In this document: positions 29,968 to 45,020 of the stretch, piece by piece
How the letters are laid out: each line of letters begins with the position of its first letter
Position numbering within the stretch: position 1 is the stretch's first letter
NCBI RefSeq assembly: GCF_009914755.1
Contig: NC_060931.1
DNA length: 64,000 nucleotides
Strand: one strand, 5' to 3'
Origin: the human T2T-CHM13v2.0 reference genome, Homo sapiens
The notes under the pieces: model-generated
Told to the model about the DNA's origin: nothing
What the model saw: the letters and a program-made list of their open reading frames with translations, nothing else
Database searches by the model: none
Program-made: the position numbers and the translations under genes

Positions 29968-30080
29968 ATCACTAGAATTTAAGCTTCACAAGGACAAGGA
30001 ATGTTATCTGTCTTCTTGTTCATTGCTGAATTCCATGCCTGGTACCTGATCGACTTTCAATAAATATTGCTGAATGGATA
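29968..30080 (+). mobile_element. L2 3' end
   Basis: ACTAGAATTTAAGCTTCACAAGGACAAGG...TCAATAAATATTGCTGAATG. Confidence 0.7.
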
Positions 30081-30699
30081 AAAGATGGGTCTTAGCAGCA
30101 CTGACCTTCACATTCTCTTCTGGTTTCTATAGCACTGAAGCTGAGGGAGACTTTAAAGAAGAATTGGGCCTCAGGAAAGTGTGGCTCAGTGAAGGGAAAG
30201 GCATTGCCCAAGCACACATGGCTGGGCTGGAACCGGAGTGGGGATTCTGGCTTCCAGTCCAGGGCTCTCTACTTACCACCTGCCCCTTCTTCATGAAGCT
30301 TACACTCTATAGAAAGTGCATTGGACATCCAGCCTCACATTTGCTCAGCGCCATACTTGTGGCAGAGCAGTGGAAGTGCATGCTCACTGGGTGTCTGAGA
30401 ATGAACTCTGTCTGTTCTGTTTCTTGGTCAGAGGGACCCAGGCCCTACGGTATGCATAGAGCAAGGCCATAGCAATAGCAAGAGCTGGAGCTTGAGCTAG
30501 GAAAGCCCCCAGGGCAGACTGCTCACACTGCCGGGGGGCCCTGGGAGCCTTGGGTTCACTTGTTTTTCCCTCCGGGTTTGTCTCTTCTTGAGCTCCCAGG
30601 GCTCACAGCCTTCATCCTCCACAGAGGCAAGTGCTGCAGAAATAAACAGGTATACCACTTGGCTACCTCCCTGAAGGCAAGAGGTTAGCCCAGCAGCAC

Positions 30700-31160
30700 T
30701 GGCTTCGGAACACCTGGATTCAAAGGTTGGCGCTGCCGCTTCCTTGCAAGGAAAACTTGGGCAAGTTACTGATCTTCTCTAGGACTCGGTTTCGCCATCT
30801 GTAATAACACCCATGGTAATATGTTTAGGGGAATAAACAAAATGAAACATGTGAAAATACTAAGTACAGTGTATGATGTGTGGCAAGCATTGAAGCAGGT
30901 GATACACTCAGCTGGAGAGATGATGTAGTAGGGTGCTTAGAGCAAGACTGCCTGGGTACAAATCCCAGCTCTGCTCCCTAGCAGCTATGAGCCTGGGTGC
31001 AGGTTACTCAACCTCTCTGTGGTTCAGTATCAATATCAATAAGATAAGGCTCATAATGGAGCAATTTCATTGGGTTTACATCTGACTCAAATGAGCTAAT
31101 TCACAGAAAGCATTTAGGACAGTCTGCCATGTGCTAAGTGCTGAATAAGCATCAGCAATT
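30700..31160. mobile_element. Two adjacent MIRs
   Basis: CTTGGGCAAGTTACT...CATCTGTAA and AAATCCCAGCTCTGC...GTTACTCAACCTCTCTGTG. Confidence 0.7.
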
Positions 31161-32259
31161 CTACTCTTTTTACTTTCTAGTTTTAAGAATGAATTTAGAG
31201 AGCCAGATTCTTTCTACTGAAAGCCTCTGCATTGAAGAGATTAATGCAGGCACCAAGACATTGGTGCCAACATTGAGCTTATTGGCTGGTAATCTCATTT
31301 GTTTCTCCTTGCTGTTTTCAAGCGTGACCCATACCTAGCAGAGCAATATGCTTGTATGATACTCACAAGCTGGGCTTGCTGGGCAGTGACTTCTCCACTG
31401 CATGCTATAAATGGCTGCCAGCAGTGAAATTACATTTGTATTGATCTAAAGAACATTTTATTGATCAAACACAAGGAATGAAACCTTTGAAACATAAACC
31501 CATTATTTTAACAATTTGTTGCCAGGAGTAGGCAAAGGCGGCTTTTCCATTTCTTTTGGTGACTTGGCTTTCCAAGGACAGTTTCTGGTCTATATAGAGG
31601 GTCTGGAGACCCAGCCCCATGAGCTTATTAATGACCTTCTCGGTGTCTCCAGCTCCCTTACCCTCATCTTTCTTCTCCATGGTTCTGTTCCTCGAGGCAT
31701 ATCTGCAGGCAGGCCTTTCTGCCCCTAAACACATTTTCTCTCTCTTCCTTGCCTGAGTCACCCTTTCACAGCCTTTAAAACTCCTTTCCATCCTTATCTC
31801 ATGCACTGGGTTAGAGGTCCTACCCCTCCATGTTCCTGGATCATTCTGAGGAATCAAGGATGATGGTGAAGGCACTAGCTTTCCAGGACTCCCCTGGGAA
31901 GCTCTCAAAGCTGTCTTGGCAGGTCTGGAGCACAAAGTCATCTGAATCCATTATTCCTCTGGCTCCTGCATCTGATTTCATAATCGAAATTAACATTGTT
32001 GAGGGCTATCCAAGAAACTTAGGACCTCTAGGTGAAAAAATACTCACAAGGGGGTAGTAGCTCAGCAGCAATTTCCAAAATATTCAATTAACATGTGCAC
32101 TCAGTCTTTGAATAAACCTGTGCCTGGTCTCTTGGGAGGAGCCAAAGATTCATCCTCTGTCTCAGTGGGCTGACAATCTAGCCTGAGAGAGGAGAAATCC
32201 ACATAAAGGGGTGAACCATAGAAGAAAGGATTTTACTAGGAGTTATAAGGGTAGCACAA

Positions 32260-33803
32260 CAACTCAACGAGGGAAAGAGTAGTCTCTTTAACAAATGGTG
32301 CTGAGACAACTGGATATCCACATGAAAAAGAGGGAAGTTGAACCCCTGCCTCACACCGTATACAAAAATTAGCTTAAAACAGAGTAAAGACCTTAATGTA
32401 ACAGCTAAAACTATACAACTCTTAGAAGAAAGGATAGGAGTAAATCTTCATGACATAGGATTAGGAAGTAGTTGCTTAGATATGATGCCTAAAGCAGAAG
32501 CAACCAAATGAAAAAAATAATTAGGTAAATTGGACTTGATCAAGATGAAAACATTTTGTGGTTCAGAGGATGGCCATAGAATATGCAAATCTCATATCCA
32601 ATGAGTCTAATATCTATAATAAAGAACTCTTACAACTCAACAATAAAAAGACAAATAACCCAATTTTATAAATGGACAGATAATTTGAACAAACATTTCT
32701 CCAAAGTAGATATATAAATGGCCCATAAACACATGAAAAGATACTCAACATCACTAGTCACTGAGAAAATGCAAATCAAAACCACAATAAGATATCACTT
32801 CATACTCACTAAGATGGCTATCATCAAAAAGACAGAAATAACAAGAGTTGGCAAGGCTACAGAGAAATTAGAATCCTTGTACATTGTTAAAAAAATGCAA
32901 AGATGGTGCAGCCACTTTGGAAAACAGTTTGGCAGTTTCTCAAACATTAAGCCTAAAATTAACATATAACTTAACAATTCCACTTTTTGGTATTTATTCA
33001 AGAGTATTGAAATATTTTTACACAAACGTGTATACAAATGCACATATCAGCATGAATGATACAGCCAAAAGGTGTAAACAACTCAAATGCCTATCAACTG
33101 ATGCATAGATAAATAAAATATTGTATATTTATACAATAAAATATTATTTAGTCATAAAAAGAAAAGAAGTACTGATGTTTTCAAGGTTTACTAATGAACC
33201 TTGAAAACATTCTGCTCAGTGAAAGAAGCCAGACATAAAGGCCACATATTATATGATCCCATTTATTTATTTATTTTTATTTATTTATTTATTTATTTTT
33301 GAGACGGAGTCTCGCTCTGTCGCCCAGGCTGGAGTGCAGTGGCGCCATCTCGGCTCACTGTAAGCTCAGCCTCCCAAGTAGCTGGGACTACAGGTGCCTG
33401 CCACCACGGCCAGCTAATTTTTTTGTATTTTTTAGTAGAGACAGGGTTTCACCATGCTGTCAATCTCCTGACCTCGTGATCCTCCCACCTCAGCCTCCCA
33501 AAGTGCTGGGATTACAGGCGTGAGCCACTGCCCTGGCCTATATGAACCTATTTAAGTGAATTGTTCAGAATAAGAGAATCCATAGAGTCAGAAGTAGATT
33601 AATGGTCGCCTGGAGGTGGGAGGAGGAGAATGGGGACTGAGCACTAATGGGCATGCAGTTTCCTTTTGGGGCAATGAAAATGTTCTGGAATTAGTGAAGA
33701 TAGTTGTGTAACGGTTTAAATAAATGTACTAAAAGACACTAAATTGTACATTTTTGAAAAGTAAATTTTATGCAATGAAAATTATATTTCAATTAAAAAA
33801 AAA
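32260..33803 (+). mobile_element. L1MB-like 3' ORF2 and 3'UTR, interrupted by AluY
   Basis: ORF 32718-32969 ([24 protein letters not shown]) matches the L1 ORF2 C-terminus; 3'UTR ends ATTATATTTCAATTAAAAAA. Confidence 0.88.
33262..33538 (-). mobile_element. AluY-like with internal deletions
   Basis: Reverse dimer with (TTTA)n tail. Confidence 0.9.
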
Positions 33804-34773
33804 TTAGTAGCGTAGGACCCAGGTTGCTTTAGATGATGGGAGAAAGGAGAAAGTGGTCAGACCAGGGCATCACTGAAGCTGGGCTGGAGTGAGGGCTCTC
33901 TCCCCTTTCCCTGCAACTTTGCCCTGAGGGCTTCTGTCTCCCCACAATGACCCCTGTGACTGAGAGAACAACAAAACCATGATTTCTGGCAAATAGAAGT
34001 CCTATGGCCCAGGATGCTCATTCTTGCATGCAATTTTAAAGGGAATTTACTTTTGTTTTTGAATTTCCATTTTCTCTTGGAGAAGAGAGGCAGAAACTGT
34101 TGACAAGTCTGGAAATTGGAAATGTAAATGAAAAAGGGAGTCCCTGGGGAGAGCGTGGGTATCCAGCCTCCCCAGCTCAATCACCTCGTGCCAGGGAGGC
34201 TCACGGCTCAGGGACTCAGCAGCAAAACTGGCTGAAACGATTTCCCATCCATCTCTCAGACAAGGTAAGCTACCCTGGGAGTGATGCCACAACGAAATGG
34301 AATAGATCATTCCTTCATGTACACCACCAGGCATGGTAGCAAGAGAGTGCCAGTCTCTATTACCTCTGCATAGAACACAGCACCAGTTTAGGCAGTGGTT
34401 TTGACCTTGACTGGCACGTAGTTATGGTATAGTGTGGACAGCCACCCGGGAATTGATGGAATGGGCTGACTCTGTTTATGGGGAAGTGGGACAAATCTTG
34501 CGCATACACTCTGGGCAGTGGCAGACAGGCTGGGTGTGTGCCCGGAGAGCATGTGCAGGCACCTTCATCTCACAGGGGTGCAGAACGGCTGAGTGGCTTG
34601 GCCAAGGTGACAAAGCTTATTGCTAATAGATCAAATGCTAGAAGCCAGATCAGCTGTCTCCGGATTTATTCTTTACTCCCTTACTTCACGCTTCTCAAAT
34701 GAAAGATGCAATGACCATGGACTCAAACCCTGGCAAACACCCTGACTTTGACTATGTCTCTCTTTAGACAGAA

Positions 34774-35746
34774 TTTCTCTTTCTCTTCCTCCTCCTTTTC
34801 TTCCTCTTCTTTTCCTCCTCCTCCTTCTCCTTCTTCTTCTCCTTATTCTTCTTCTCCTTTTCCTTCTTCTTCCTCTTCCTCTTCTTTTCTCCTTCTTCTG
34901 CCTTTCCTCCTCCTCCTTCTCTCCTCCCCTTCCTCCTCCTTCTATTCTTCTCCTTTCTCTTCCTCCTTTTTCTTCTTCTCTTCCTCCTCCTCCTCATGCT
35001 TCTTGTCCTTCTCCTCCTCCTTCTCCTCTTTTGTCCTTTTCCTCCTCTCCTCTTCCCCTCCTCCTCCTTCCTCTTCTTCTTCTCCTTATTCTTCTTCTCC
35101 TTTTCCTTCTTCTTCCTCTTCCTCTTCTTCTTTTCTCCTTCTTCCGCCTTTCCTCCTCCCTCTCTCCTCCCCTTCCTCCTCCTTCTATTCTTCTCCTTTC
35201 TCCTCTTTCTCCTCCTCCTCCTTTTTCTTCTTCTCTTCCTCCTCCTCCTCCTGCTTCATGTCCTTCTCCTCCTCCTTCTCCTTCTCCTCCTTTGTGCTTT
35301 TCCTCCTCTCCTCCTCCTTTTCCTCCTCTCCTCCTCCCCTCCTCCTTCTCCCCTCCTCCCCTTCCTTCCTCTTCTTCGTCTTCTTCTTCTCCTTATTCTT
35401 CTCCTTTTCCTTCTTCTTCCTCTTCATCTTCTTCTTTTCTCCTTCTTCTGCCTTTCCTCCTCCTCCTTCTCTCCTCCCCTTCCTCCTCCTTCTATTCTTC
35501 TCCCTTCTCCTCCTCCTCCTTTTTTTCTCCTCTTCCTCCTCCTCCTACTTCTTGTCCTTCTCCTCCTTCTCCTCCTTTGTCCTTTTCCTCCTCTCCTCCT
35601 CCTCCCTCTTCTTCTTCTTCTTCCTCTTCCCCTTCTCCTTCCCCTTCTCCTCCTCCTCCACCTCCACCTCCTGCTCCTGCTCCTTTCTCCTTTTCTTTCT
35701 CCTCCTACCCACCTCTTCCTCCTTCTTCTCCTCCTTCATCTCTTTC
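34774..35746 (+). repeat. ~1-kb polypyrimidine (CTC/CTT) tract with three higher-order copies
   Basis: Anchor CCTTATTCTT at 34841, 35084 and 35391. Confidence 0.9.
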
Positions 35747-36436
35747 TGTAACCATCCAATGGGTTCACTTTGCCTGCTGCCTAAACAGAGCCTATTTCTC
35801 AAGACAGGGGAACTGCAATAGAGAAAGAGTAATTCATGCAGAGTCAGCTGTATACAGGAGACCCGAGCTTTATTACTACTCAAATCAGTCTCCCCGAGCA
35901 TTTGGGTGAGGAGAGTTTTTAAGGACAACTTGGCGGATGGTGGGGAGCCAGTGAACCAGGAGCACTGATTGGTCAGGGATGAAATCATAAGAAATTGAAG
36001 CTGTCTTATTGCACTGAGTCAGCTCCTGGGTGGGAACCACAAGATCAGATGAGCCAGTTAATTGATCTGGATGGTGCCAGCTGATCCATCAAGTGCAAGG
36101 TCTGCAAAATATATCTCAATTGCTGGTCTTAGGAGGAGTTTATGGAGGGTCAGAATCTTGTAGCCTCCAGCTGCATGACTCCTAAACCATAATTTCTAAT
36201 CTTATGGCTAGTGTTAGTCCTACAAAGGCAATCTAGTCCCCAGGCAAGAAGGAGGTCTGCTTTGCTAAAGGGTTGTTATCATCTTTGTTTTAAACTATAA
36301 GCTCAGTTTCCTTTAAAGTTAGTTCAGCCTATGCCCAGAAATGAACAAGGACAGCTTGGAGGTTAGAAGCAAGATGGAGTTGGTTAAGTTAGATCTCTTT
36401 CACTGTCTCAGTCATAGTTTTGCAAAGGTGGTTTCA
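35747..36436 (-). mobile_element. LTR8 (ERV1) solo LTR
   Basis: Reverse complement starts TGAAACCACCTTTGCAAAACTATGACTGAGACAG; imperfect TSD TTTC/GTTC. Confidence 0.85.
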
Positions 36437-36579
36437 GTTCTCCTTCTCCTCCTCTCTCTCTTTCACTCTCTCTGCCTCCCTCTCTCCCTTTCTTTTCTGA
36501 CTGCATCAAGTATAATTCACCGATGTACATAGTGAACTATGTACATCGATGTACATAGTGTACAAAGGCAACTCTAGAG

Positions 36580-36760
36580 CAGTGATTCCCAAACCTGAGA
36601 AGCATCAGAGTCACTTGCAGGGCTTGCTAAGAGAGATGGCTGGGCCCCAACTTCAGAGAGCCTGACTCAATAGGTCTAGGGTGGAGCTGAGAATTTGCAT
36701 TGCTAATCATTTCCCAGGTGACAAGACTGCTGCCTTAGGGATCACACTTTAAAAACCCTG
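36580..36760. mobile_element. MER5A (hAT-Charlie) MITE
   Basis: CAGTGATTCCCAAAC...AAAAACCCTG termini; 8-bp TSD CTCTAGAG/CTCTGGAG. Confidence 0.88.
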
Positions 36761-37512
36761 CTCTGGAGTATAAAAGATCCACTGCCCAGCCTGCAGACAG
36801 GACTCCTCCTGCACCATTTTACACAGGTGAACACCTCTCTCATTTTTATACGTTTCCAGAAAATGAAATTCTACAGGCAAGTAATTATTATATCATAATA
36901 ATTTATTAAACACTTACCAAATGTCAAGTGAACTAAATTCCATAAGGAGGCTTTTCTGATTCCAAGCCCCTGTACTGCAGTGAGTTTAAACTCATTGTTG
37001 GTTAAGAAGCAACCTCCCTTTGCCTCTCAGTGCTGAGAGCAGGACTCACGTGTGACTGAGGCTGGAGATATTGAGTGATGGAAATGATGCAATTGTCACT
37101 CACTGACTTTTCAGCTGCAGTCAGTTCTGGGAGCACTTGTTTAAGGATTTTGGTTTACTTGCTCCCAAAATATCCCTAGAAACCCAGAATCATAGACTTG
37201 CATATCTGGATAGGAATCTAGATATCACATCACCTCTCTTCATATAGCAACATCTACCTTTCTCTTGGTTTTCTGCTACAATCCTTCATTAGCTCCTATC
37301 TACAATGCCACAGCTTCCATAAAGCCTTCCCAATACCCAGAAGGAGATGGGCTCATTCCCTCTTCTGTGTCTTCATTGCATTACTCCTTTTTGATATATC
37401 TAGAGAGGAAAGCAAGTAAATGCCAGCTCTTAGAGGATTCTTACAGACTTAGTATGATTACTTTATTTGATAGGATGGAAAACTTAGGCCCAAGGAGAAA
37501 ATTAGAATGTTA

Positions 37513-38262
37513 AGGACACCTGCACTCATATGTTTATCACAGCACTGTTCACAAAAGCAAAGACATGAAATCAACCCAGGTGCCCATCAGTAGTGGGTTG
37601 GATAAAGAAAGTGTGGTATATATACACCATGGAATACTATGAGTCATAAAAAAGAATGAAATCAGCTGGGCACGGTGGCTCACGCCTGTAATCCCAGCAT
37701 TTTGGGAGGCCGAGGAGGGTGGATCACAAGGTCAGGAGTTCAAGATCAGCCTGGCCAAGATGGTGAAACCCTGTCTCTGCTAAAAATACAAAAAATTAAC
37801 TGGGCGTAGTGGCGGGTGCCTGTAATCCCAGCTACTCGGAAGGCTGAGGTAAGGAATTGCTTGAACCCGGGAGGTGGATGTTGCAGTGAGCCAAAATTGC
37901 ACTCCAGCCTGGGCGACAGAGAGAGACTCCGTCTCAAAAAAAAAAAAAAAATGAAATCATGTTTTGTTTTGTTTTGTTTTTGCAGCCACATGGGTGCACC
38001 TGGAAGCCATTATCTTAAGTGAATGCAGAAACAGAAAACCAAATACCACATGTTCTCACTTATAAGCAGAAGCTAAACATGGGGTACACATAAATATAAA
38101 GATGGGAACAATAGAGACTGTGGACTACTGAGTGGGGAGACAGGGAATAAGGGTGAAAAAGCTACCTATTGGGTACTAATTTCACTACTTGGGTGATGGG
38201 ATCATGACAAATCCAAACCTCAGCATCACAGAATATACCCATGTAACAAACCTGGACATGTG
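37513..38262 (+). mobile_element. L1PA/PB 3' end interrupted by Alu
   Basis: TGGATAAAGAAAGTGTGGTATATATACACCATGGAATAC...CCCATGTAACAAACCTG. Confidence 0.88.
37664..37951 (+). mobile_element. Alu (AluSg-like)
   Basis: Dimer; TSD AATGAAATCA. Confidence 0.95.
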
Positions 38263-38349
38263 TTAGCCTTCCTTGGATCTGTAACATTTTTCTAACCATC
38301 TCCCATATATTGGGTATTGAGTGATCATGGATTGTTGCCAAATAGTTGG

Positions 38350-38530
38350 TAGAAATGATGGTACAGAGAAAAGAACATTAAATACAGAGTCAGGAGACTG
38401 GAGTGGGGTCCCCATCTTTTGAGACATTACTTAATGTGTCCAGGGAAAAGTTGCCTGAATTTTCTGAGCCTCAGTTTCCTTTGTGTAAGAAATGAAGGTT
38501 GAAGGCAATAGCTTCCAAGGTCGTCTCCTC
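38350..38530. mobile_element. MIR
   Basis: GAGTCAGGAGACTGG...TCTGAGCCTCAGTTTCCT. Confidence 0.65.
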
Positions 38531-39454
38531 TACACTTAATAAAAAATGAAAAGATCTGGTGATATTTGATACATTACCAATGATACCACCAACTGAGGGC
38601 CAGGAGTCCCTGCCTTAAGAACTGACCTCCTACTACCCAGACTCTGTGTTCTACCTTTAGGGTTCTGAAACGAAAGAAGTACCGCAAAGCCCAGGAGCTG
38701 GGTCAGGAAGTCTGATGGCTCCAGGCAGTGACAGCTTCGTGCTCCAGTGAACTCACAAAATGCAGTGTAATTTCCTCTTCCATTTAACTATCAGCAGCAC
38801 GGAAGGAGAGCCACTCTCTCCTGCCCTCCTCTCCCTGCCTTCGTTAGTCATGACTCATTAATTGCCACCGGCGAATGAGTATTATTCTAATTTTCCAAAT
38901 CTAATTCGCAGATGTTTTCAGCTAAAGATCAGGATATAGGTTTTTGGCTTAGCTAATGAAATATCTAATGAATTTGCATTAGTGACAATTACAGACAGGA
39001 CACCCATAAGAGAAGGGCCAATCACAGCCCTCAGCTGATGCCACTTGCTAATGGCTGCTTTAAGGAGAAAAGTACAGTTCTTGAGGTCCTCTCCCTCACT
39101 GACAATGCCATTCAGGAGACAGGGGCCAGAAGAAGGGAATTGAAGAAGAAGCACTTGCCTTTCCTTTATCTTCTTTTGTGCCGTGGCTCTGCCTTCAAAC
39201 CAACAGCCGGAAGTGAGAGTTCAACCAACGCCTTTCAAATGTAAAAATGGCGTCCTCAAAATAGGATCCATTTATAAACTTGGACGCAAGTGAGATTATC
39301 TTAATCTCAACAAACAGACAAGCAAGCAAAAAAACCTGGACCCTAGAATAATGACTCAACCAGGGAAGGCAGATTATTTTCCTAATCAGATAGGAGTCTA
39401 AGGCAAATAGTCACTATGGAAAGCTAGTGAGCATTTAAACTACAGTCTTGGGAC

Positions 39455-39735
39455 CTGCTCATGCCTGTAATCCCAGCACTTTGGGAGGCCAAAGAGGGAG
39501 GAGCACTTGAAGCTAGGAATTCAAGACCAGTCTGCGCAACATAGCAAGACCACTATCTCTAAAAAACGAAAAAAAAATTTAGCTTGGCATGGTGGTACAC
39601 ACCTGTAGTCCCAGCTACATAGAAGTCTGTGGTGGGAGACTTGCTTGAGCCCAGGAGTTCAAGGCTGCAGTGAACTATGATCACTCTCTAGCCTGGGTGA
39701 CATAGCAAAGCTTGCTTTAAGAAAATAAATAAATT
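39455..39735 (+). mobile_element. AluJ
   Basis: Diverged dimer. Confidence 0.9.
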
Positions 39736-40007
39736 GATTAATTAAACAAAACATAGTCTTGGAATTCTTGTTCAGCCCCCATGTAAAAGAGGGTGTGAGT
39801 CTGTGAGATTCCTCTTTTGCCCCCACACTCCTCTTTCTTTGTTTCATAGGGTGCAAATCTCAGTTGAAGTCTGCAAAACCTAGAGATAGAAAAGCCTTTA
39901 AAACCACAGAGCTCGATCAGTTGGCATTGACAATTTTTATGATCTCTGTTCCACTGCAAGCCAGTTGTCCAATCAGAGTCTAAGACAAGGTCTAAGCGAG
40001 TTAAGGC

Positions 40008-40493
40008 TGTGAAAGCAAACTAAAATCTTGGGACCTCAAGCTTCTCATGCCAAAGAGAAAGTTAAGCTTGGAAATTGAATCATGCAAAAAACCTACCTTC
40101 CTTTTGTTCCCAAGTGGATAGCTGTAATTTTACATGCTGACTTTATCTCATGTAAAATGTAGATTTAATAAGTGGGAGACAAATGCATGATTGACTTTCA
40201 CCCCACTCCCTTCGTTTCACACGTAAAATGTAGATTCACTGAGTGTTAATTAAAACAAGAATGTGACCACTTGCTTCATTGCCTACCTTCCCTTCCTCCT
40301 TCTCTTTTGTCTCTTTCCTTCCTGCTTACTCTTTCTCCTTTAAATACTGAAGATCCCAAAACCCTTTTTGGAGATATCACAGGCCACAGATCCTACTGTA
40401 ACTTGTGTTTCTTTTTCCCAGGGACATCCTAAACCTCAGCAAAATAAACCTCTAAATCAATAGAGATCTGACTTAGTCACTTTTTGGTTTACA
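40008..40493 (+). mobile_element. MER4-group ERV1 solo LTR
   Basis: TGTGAAAG...AAAATAAACCTCTAAA...TTTTTGGTTTACA; 4-bp TSD AGGC. Confidence 0.8.
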
Positions 40494-41001
40494 AGGCATA
40501 GGCTGTAGGAACAGAAAAAGCAGTCCCTCAGTGAGCTGAATGTATGCCAACCTCCCTGTTACCTGGTTGTGCCCATCTCCCTATATAAGCCCAAAGTTGT
40601 AGGGGAACAAATAGGTCATCCCCCATGTGCAGGTCATAGCCCCCAAGTTAAATGCAATCATCACTTTGGGGAATGAAAGTTGGAGGGGTTTGATCTATTT
40701 TTTTTCTTCCTCCCTTGCTCTCCATCCTCCTTCTTCTTTCCCTTCACTTGGATATTAGATCACCTCTGTTGACCTCCTTGGATCTTTTACTGGCCCTATT
40801 ACTGGACATTCTTTTCTATATGAAGGTGAAAAATGATTTCTTTAATCTCCTATCAGCTCCCTAATCATGTGGAGTGCCTGGTTTGGCCAGTTCTTCTCAG
40901 GAGTTTGACAGCCTTGTGCATGAGCTAGTGTTTCTTATGTAACCTTGATTGATTTTTTTGTAGTCAGAGAGTAGCTCTCTTAAATGTAAGAGATGAAGAT
41001 G

Positions 41002-41355
<354 letters not shown>

Positions 41356-41582
41356 CTAGTACAAGGATAAAAATAAAAATTATTACCTGCTTGGGGAAAC
41401 CATCATACATTCTCTGGCCCTGGTGACCATGGCGGTAAGGAGAGACAAGCCATGTCTTACCCATTTATGTTGCCCCAACACTTTGCATAGCACTTAGTAC
41501 AGTTTCGGGGCTGGAAATGTGTGTGGAGTGAATCAACAGATGGATGAATTCTGGGCTGTCTTCCTAGAGTAAGAAAGCTGGA

Positions 41583-41887
<305 letters not shown>

Positions 41888-42516
41888 GAAAGCTGGAGAT
41901 AGACCATCATCACAATTGAGATGTTAATCTCTAGAGGAAAAGAAAACAAGAGTCGCTGATGTAGAGATCAAATTTGGGGTTGGCGTTGTAAACTTAAGCC
42001 ATTCTGTGTAAGAAGGAAGTTGACTGCCAAAGAAATTTCATCTTGATTATCCTAAACACAGGCCAAAACTTAGCCTTTGCTAAGCCCCTTGCCCTTTCAC
42101 ATGTACTTCCCATTTTAAAAAGAGACAAACAGGATTTCAAAAACATATGCCATCATGAAAAGCTAGCACTGGAAGGAGACAGAGTGATCCAGCCCATTGG
42201 TAGGTAGGAGGTTCCATGCCAGGCATCCTAACTGACTCCAACAAGGTGTTTGACCCAACGATGGAGTGGCCTGAGCCAGTGCTGAATGTGCAGACTCGCC
42301 AAGCAAAAGAGGAGAGAGAAAAAACCAAGGGGGACAGGGAAGAGAAGCAGCAATCTCTCCTTCTGCTTGGGTAGAGGCCGGAAGAGGAGCAAGGCATTGT
42401 CCATCTTTGCACCAGACAGGGTGTGAGTTCAGATGGTGAAGGCATAGATGAGTGTGGTAGTCACACAAAGAACGTGAGCTATTGAATAAAACAGGTCTGT
42501 TTTCTCAGCTGAATAG

Positions 42517-43245
<729 letters not shown>

Positions 43246-43315
43246 GATTACCTCATCCATAAAATGGGCATAATTATAGTCTGCCACTGCTGGGATTATA
43301 GACAGGAATAAATTA

Positions 43316-43945
<630 letters not shown>

Positions 43946-43947
43946 AG

Positions 43948-44267
<320 letters not shown>

Positions 44268-44439
44268 TTAGGCATATAAAACAGCTAAAGCCATATGTTA
44301 GGTGTGCATTGTTGGTGGAGATTATAGAAATGTTTGTAAGGAGTTTAACAGCATCAGGCACATAATAAGGGTTATCAGAGGTTTTTACAAAGCATGTAAT
44401 GTGTGTTTAGCTACTTCTGAAAGATTGTAATCCAAGGAT

Positions 44440-45020
44440 AATTAAGATAGCGACCTGCCTTTTGCAGTTTATAGTCTAGTGAAGACACACCAACCGATCT
44501 TTAAAATCCACAGCAGTAAGTTTAAGAAGAAAGGTGTGTGCATGGGGTAACATTTGGCCACTCAGAAGCTAAAAATGTTGGAGTAAGGTGGGAAGGAGTT
44601 AGCCAGGAGGAAAAAGAGAAAGATAGTTTCAGTTGAAAGAGAAACTGGATGATGCATGCTGCTATGTGATGTTTTGCATAAGTTCAAAGTGCTGGGTGGT
44701 GCTATGAGAGGCTGGAAGCCAGGTAGGGCTCCCATCACGGGGTATTTCTGAGTCCAGATAATGAGCAGAACTGTGTCCTATTGGTGATGGGAGTCATCAG
44801 AAAGTTTTTGACAAGTGGACCTTGCCAAGTGCTGCTTCTTTGAAAGATCCCTTGGGGCTGGAGGATGGTTTGAAGAAGACAGAACGGAGGCAGAGAGATC
44901 CTGTCAATGAGAAGATTTTTTGCTGTTGCCTGGGTGATAGAGAGGAGGTGACGGCTGGACCAGGGCAGTGGAAAATATATGGAAAACAGGCAAACAGGTT
45001 AAATAGATACTTTGGAGGCA
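44440..45020 (-). mobile_element. L2 fragment
   Basis: Purine-rich diverged L2 (TTGGTGATGGGAGTCATCAGAAAGTTTT; TGAAAGATCCCTTGGG). Confidence 0.55.

Noticed and set aside
34083-34270. Possible exon ending at AAG|GTAAGC
   Set aside because: Weak acceptor (GAG); isolated donor-like motifs are common by chance
34748-35988. Long ORFs of 251-357 aa (Ser/Phe/Pro/Leu-rich) and Lys/Glu-rich reverse ORFs
   Set aside because: A stop-free by-product of the C/T-only repeat
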